IMG/VR virus record: IMGVR_UViG_3300020374_000009
Coordinates: 1 to 39,957 of that record
Length of the DNA: 39,957 bases
Reading direction: 5' to 3' (one strand)
Origin: a virus
Lineage: Duplodnaviria > Caudoviricetes
The notes beneath the pieces were generated by a model, which saw only the letters and a program-made list of their open reading frames with translations, had not been told where the DNA came from and made no database searches. This document shows, one piece after another, positions 37,694-39,957 of the stretch. Position 1 is the stretch's first letter. Each line of letters starts with the position of its first letter. Made by a program: the position numbers and the translations under genes.

Positions 37694-38020
37694 TTATCTT
37701 TTTACGACACGAATTCGATATTTTTCAGAATCTAAAGCGTTAATAATGTATTTAGCACAAATTCTGGGGTCTTTTTCGCCGCAAGTGAAGAAATCTGCGT
37801 TCAAACGACCCAATTCAGGCCAAGTATGACAAGAAACATGACTTTCTGCTAATGCAAAAAGAGACGTAACACCACATGGACTGAATTTATGTGTATATTC
37901 ATTTAATATTGTCATCTCCGACTTCAAAATAGCACGAGTGAAGATGTCACGAAGGAAATTTGGACTATTTAAGTCCTCAAAGTACCCATCGTAGACATCT
38001 AGTATCAGATGCTCACTCAT
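37694..38020 (-). CDS. speD: S-adenosylmethionine decarboxylase-family pyruvoyl proenzyme
   Basis: HLILDVYD, HKFSPCGVT, self-cleavage motif LAE|SHVSCHTWPE, DFFTCG; start placed at ATG 38020, just after the upstream TGA. Confidence 0.92.
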   Translation of the reverse strand: MSEHLILDVYDGYFEDLNSPNFLRDIFTRAILKSEMTILNEYTHKFSPCGVTSLFALAESHVSCHTWPELGRLNADFFTCGEKDPRICAKYIINALDSEKYRIRVVKR

Positions 38021-38021
38021 T

Positions 38022-38786
38022 TCATCCCAATTCTGGTGCATCATCGATTGTAATATTCATTCCTTCAGTGTAATATCCTTCTGTAATGAAGTCATCGGTG
38101 ATTAAATCAGTGCTTCCATAACTTACTTGGACATCAGATGCTCTTTCTTTCGATGTTTTCCAGAAATAATTGTCTTCTGAACCCAATCCATCACGATCAT
38201 GACCATTCTCCACCTGATAATACACGGTTGATACCTTAAAATCGGGAATCTTAGGTGTCTCAGGAGTGATACTGTTATCATAGATACGCATTCTGTTGTT
38301 AGGATACAGTGCAAACTGACCATTATCCAATTCTAAGAGGTTATGAGACTTATGTTCCGCTGGTTGTTCACTGGTAGAGTAGTCGATGGCGTCTACATCA
38401 GAGTGATAATTATCTAAAGTGCAAATATATGTACCTGTCTGATTACCAAAGTCTCTTGTATAGACCTCATAGTGCATTGAACCGATGAATTGTTTCTGTA
38501 CTGCAACAACGCCATAGTCCATACAGTTCCAAAACTGTAGATTATGTAACGTCATATCTGGATCGGGTAGCTCAGGAGAGGAGAGAAAAGCGCTTATCGG
38601 TAACTTATCAAACATTGCAGCATACTCTGGTAAATACGTTTCAAAGTAAAACGCACGGCCAGGAATACTCTTTGCAGAAACCCATACTCCTTTCACAAAT
38701 TCACCATGACCACTCTTATGATCAGTCAAGTACTCTTTTCTCACCCATACCTCATAAGAAGGTAGATTGGTAATCAGTGTACTCAT
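38022..38786 (-). CDS. Conserved hypothetical marine T4-like phage protein (254 aa)
   Basis: Long ORF with ATGA coupling; well-folded composition (WVRKEYL, EHKSHNLLELDNGQFALYPNNR); no function recognised. Confidence 0.85.
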   Translation of the reverse strand: MSTLITNLPSYEVWVRKEYLTDHKSGHGEFVKGVWVSAKSIPGRAFYFETYLPEYAAMFDKLPISAFLSSPELPDPDMTLHNLQFWNCMDYGVVAVQKQFIGSMHYEVYTRDFGNQTGTYICTLDNYHSDVDAIDYSTSEQPAEHKSHNLLELDNGQFALYPNNRMRIYDNSITPETPKIPDFKVSTVYYQVENGHDRDGLGSEDNYFWKTSKERASDVQVSYGSTDLITDDFITEGYYTEGMNITIDDAPELG

Positions 38787-38923
38787 TTACCCTGACCCCG
38801 ATAAGCTTTCTTCTTTGCATTTCGACTGGTTGCAGACAACTTAGTTCTTGCTGACTGTCCTTGTCTTGTCTTCTTGGGACGATGTTCAATCGTGGGTGTG
38901 CCTGGATTAAAACGAACTGCCAT
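38783..38923 (-). CDS. Small very basic protein, 46 aa
   Basis: Not in the track. MAVRFNPGTPTIEHRPKKTRQGQSARTKLSATSRNAKKKAYRGQGK*; TAATG at start, ATGA at end, GGAGG upstream. Confidence 0.8.
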   Translation of the reverse strand: MAVRFNPGTPTIEHRPKKTRQGQSARTKLSATSRNAKKKAYRGQGK

Positions 38924-39066
38924 TACTTTGTCCTCCGATCACGATTTAAAGGAGATGCAAAATAATCTCGATTTGCAATGTATAATACTACAAGAGTGAG
39001 TAGAATACCAAAGAAACCAGCAATGAGTATTGGTGACTCTGGAATTTCATAAAAAGGAACTTCCAT
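38923..39066 (-). CDS. Small single-pass membrane protein, 47 aa
   Basis: Not in the track. MEVPFYEIPESPILIAGFFGILLTLVVLYIANRDYFASPLNRDRRTK*; TAATG overlaps at both ends. Confidence 0.75.
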   Translation of the reverse strand: MEVPFYEIPESPILIAGFFGILLTLVVLYIANRDYFASPLNRDRRTK

Positions 39067-39254
39067 TACTTACCTTCCTCCATCATATCAATAACTTCAA
39101 CTTCATCTGGATCGATTGCACCTTCAACACCCATGTCAAAGTTCTTGACTAATATCTGAAATGCATCGTATTTACCTGATTCACTCAACAAACCCTTGGA
39201 GAGTTCGCGCCCGTTATGAATCAATTTATATCTTCTAGGGAGACCTTGCGCCAT
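39066..39254 (-). CDS. Hypothetical protein, 62 aa
   Basis: GGAG RBS upstream; coupled to the downstream ORF. Confidence 0.75.
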   Translation of the reverse strand: MAQGLPRRYKLIHNGRELSKGLLSESGKYDAFQILVKNFDMGVEGAIDPDEVEVIDMMEEGK

Positions 39255-39262
39255 AATAACTC

Positions 39263-39337
39263 CTATGAATGTGGATTATAAAACTGTAGGAATGCAAAGA
39301 CTCCTACGATGAGAACAATAAAAACTATTCCGTACAT
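39263..39337 (-). CDS. Putative 24-aa hydrophobic micropeptide
   Basis: Not in the track. MYGIVFIVLIVGVFAFLQFYNPHS*; TAATG overlap with the upstream gene; fills the gap. Confidence 0.55.
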   Translation of the reverse strand: MYGIVFIVLIVGVFAFLQFYNPHS

Positions 39338-39957
39338 TATATTACCCTCGTCTTCTCATGACCCACTCGTATTCGTGGATCGCACCATGTCACGATGCCC
39401 TTCTTCTTTGCATCTAAACAGAATGATACATCTTCTCCACACATATCCTGTACCTTACCACTATCAAAGACTTGCATCTTCGGAGCAAACCAAGGATATT
39501 CAAGATTCTCGAATACACCATTCTTAATCAATACCCAACCAAAACCAGTATAATCAACAGTGAAAGGTTTTCTCTTCTTAGTAATCGACTCCACAGTCTC
39601 ATGATTCATCACTCCGCCATTCTTTGCAAAGTCTTCTTCGTTCAACCAGTGTGCAACTGATGTCGTATGTCCATCTTCTGTGGCATACCAACCTGCTGTA
39701 ATCTCTTTCTCAGGCCCTTCTTCTGGTATTGCTAAGTCAATAAGTTGCCAGAACTTCTCAGTACTGAAAACAATATCACTATCAATCCATAACTGATAAT
39801 CATACTTTAACTTACCATCCCAAGGAACCTGTTTGGGGCCTCTCAATACATTCGCACCTAATACCTTACAACGTGCAAAGTTAACCATAGATGAATAATC
39901 TTGAGATATCTGTATTCCATTACCATTCTGTACTAAGTCAAAACATAACTGTACAAA
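39337..39957 (-). CDS. GT-A-fold glycosyltransferase-like protein (5'-truncated by the window edge)
   Basis: Frame is open to the window end (FVQLCFDLVQNGNGIQISQDYSSMVNFARC...); DxD motif YQLWIDSDIVF; VDYTGFGWVLIK and GEDVSFC are typical of GT2-like enzymes. Confidence 0.75.
   Translation of the reverse strand, partial: FVQLCFDLVQNGNGIQISQDYSSMVNFARCKVLGANVLRGPKQVPWDGKLKYDYQLWIDSDIVFSTEKFWQLIDLAIPEEGPEKEITAGWYATEDGHTTSVAHWLNEEDFAKNGGVMNHETVESITKKRKPFTVDYTGFGWVLIKNGVFENLEYPWFAPKMQVFDSGKVQDMCGEDVSFCLDAKKKGIVTWCDPRIRVGHEKTRVI

Noticed and set aside
1721-38323. Alternative-frame minus-strand ORFs at 1721, 10120, 16036, 35653 and 38123
   Set aside because: Nested in well-supported genes in another frame, with atypical composition.
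38923-39066. Assignment as NdhP, NdhQ or PsbN
   Set aside because: Only generic single-helix similarity; diagnostic residues not recognised.
1731-39660. All plus-strand ORFs in the track
   Set aside because: Antisense shadows of long minus-strand genes, with no RBS or recognisable motifs.
1-39957. tRNA, rRNA, IS element, integrase or DGR
   Set aside because: Intergenic gaps are all under about 85 nt; no cloverleaf, transposase, reverse transcriptase or adenine-variable repeat pair seen.

Overview
AT-rich fragment of a T4-like marine myovirus, most consistent with a Prochlorococcus/Synechococcus cyanomyophage. All credible genes lie on the minus strand and form the late structural module, read right to left: GT-A glycosyltransferase-like gene (partial), four tiny ORFs (three missing from the ORF track), a conserved hypothetical, a speD-like decarboxylase, gp25, gp6, a giant 4023-aa gp7, gp8, a VrlC-like protein, two small genes, gp13, gp14, gp15, gp16, a 6-kb insertion, gp17, four small ORFs and gp18 (partial). 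T4 late promoters (TATAAATA) punctuate the module. Main observations: (1) the gp16-gp17 insertion encodes a 1003-aa modular basic protein that looks like a prohead-protease-processed polyprotein with a DUF192 domain, translationally coupled to a 51-aa ORF with a T4 internal-protein capsid-targeting-like N-terminus; (2) the neighbouring fibre protein carries an intact type-1 (blue) copper ligand set; (3) CCWGG, GGNCC and CCGG sites appear only where they overlap GCC/GGC, suggesting sequence-specific DNA modification; (4) the fibre C-terminal domain recurs as three tandem copies in gp7; (5) a G-[IVL]-x-[ST] motif pervades virion proteins. Family calls come from recognising motifs by eye, without database searches.
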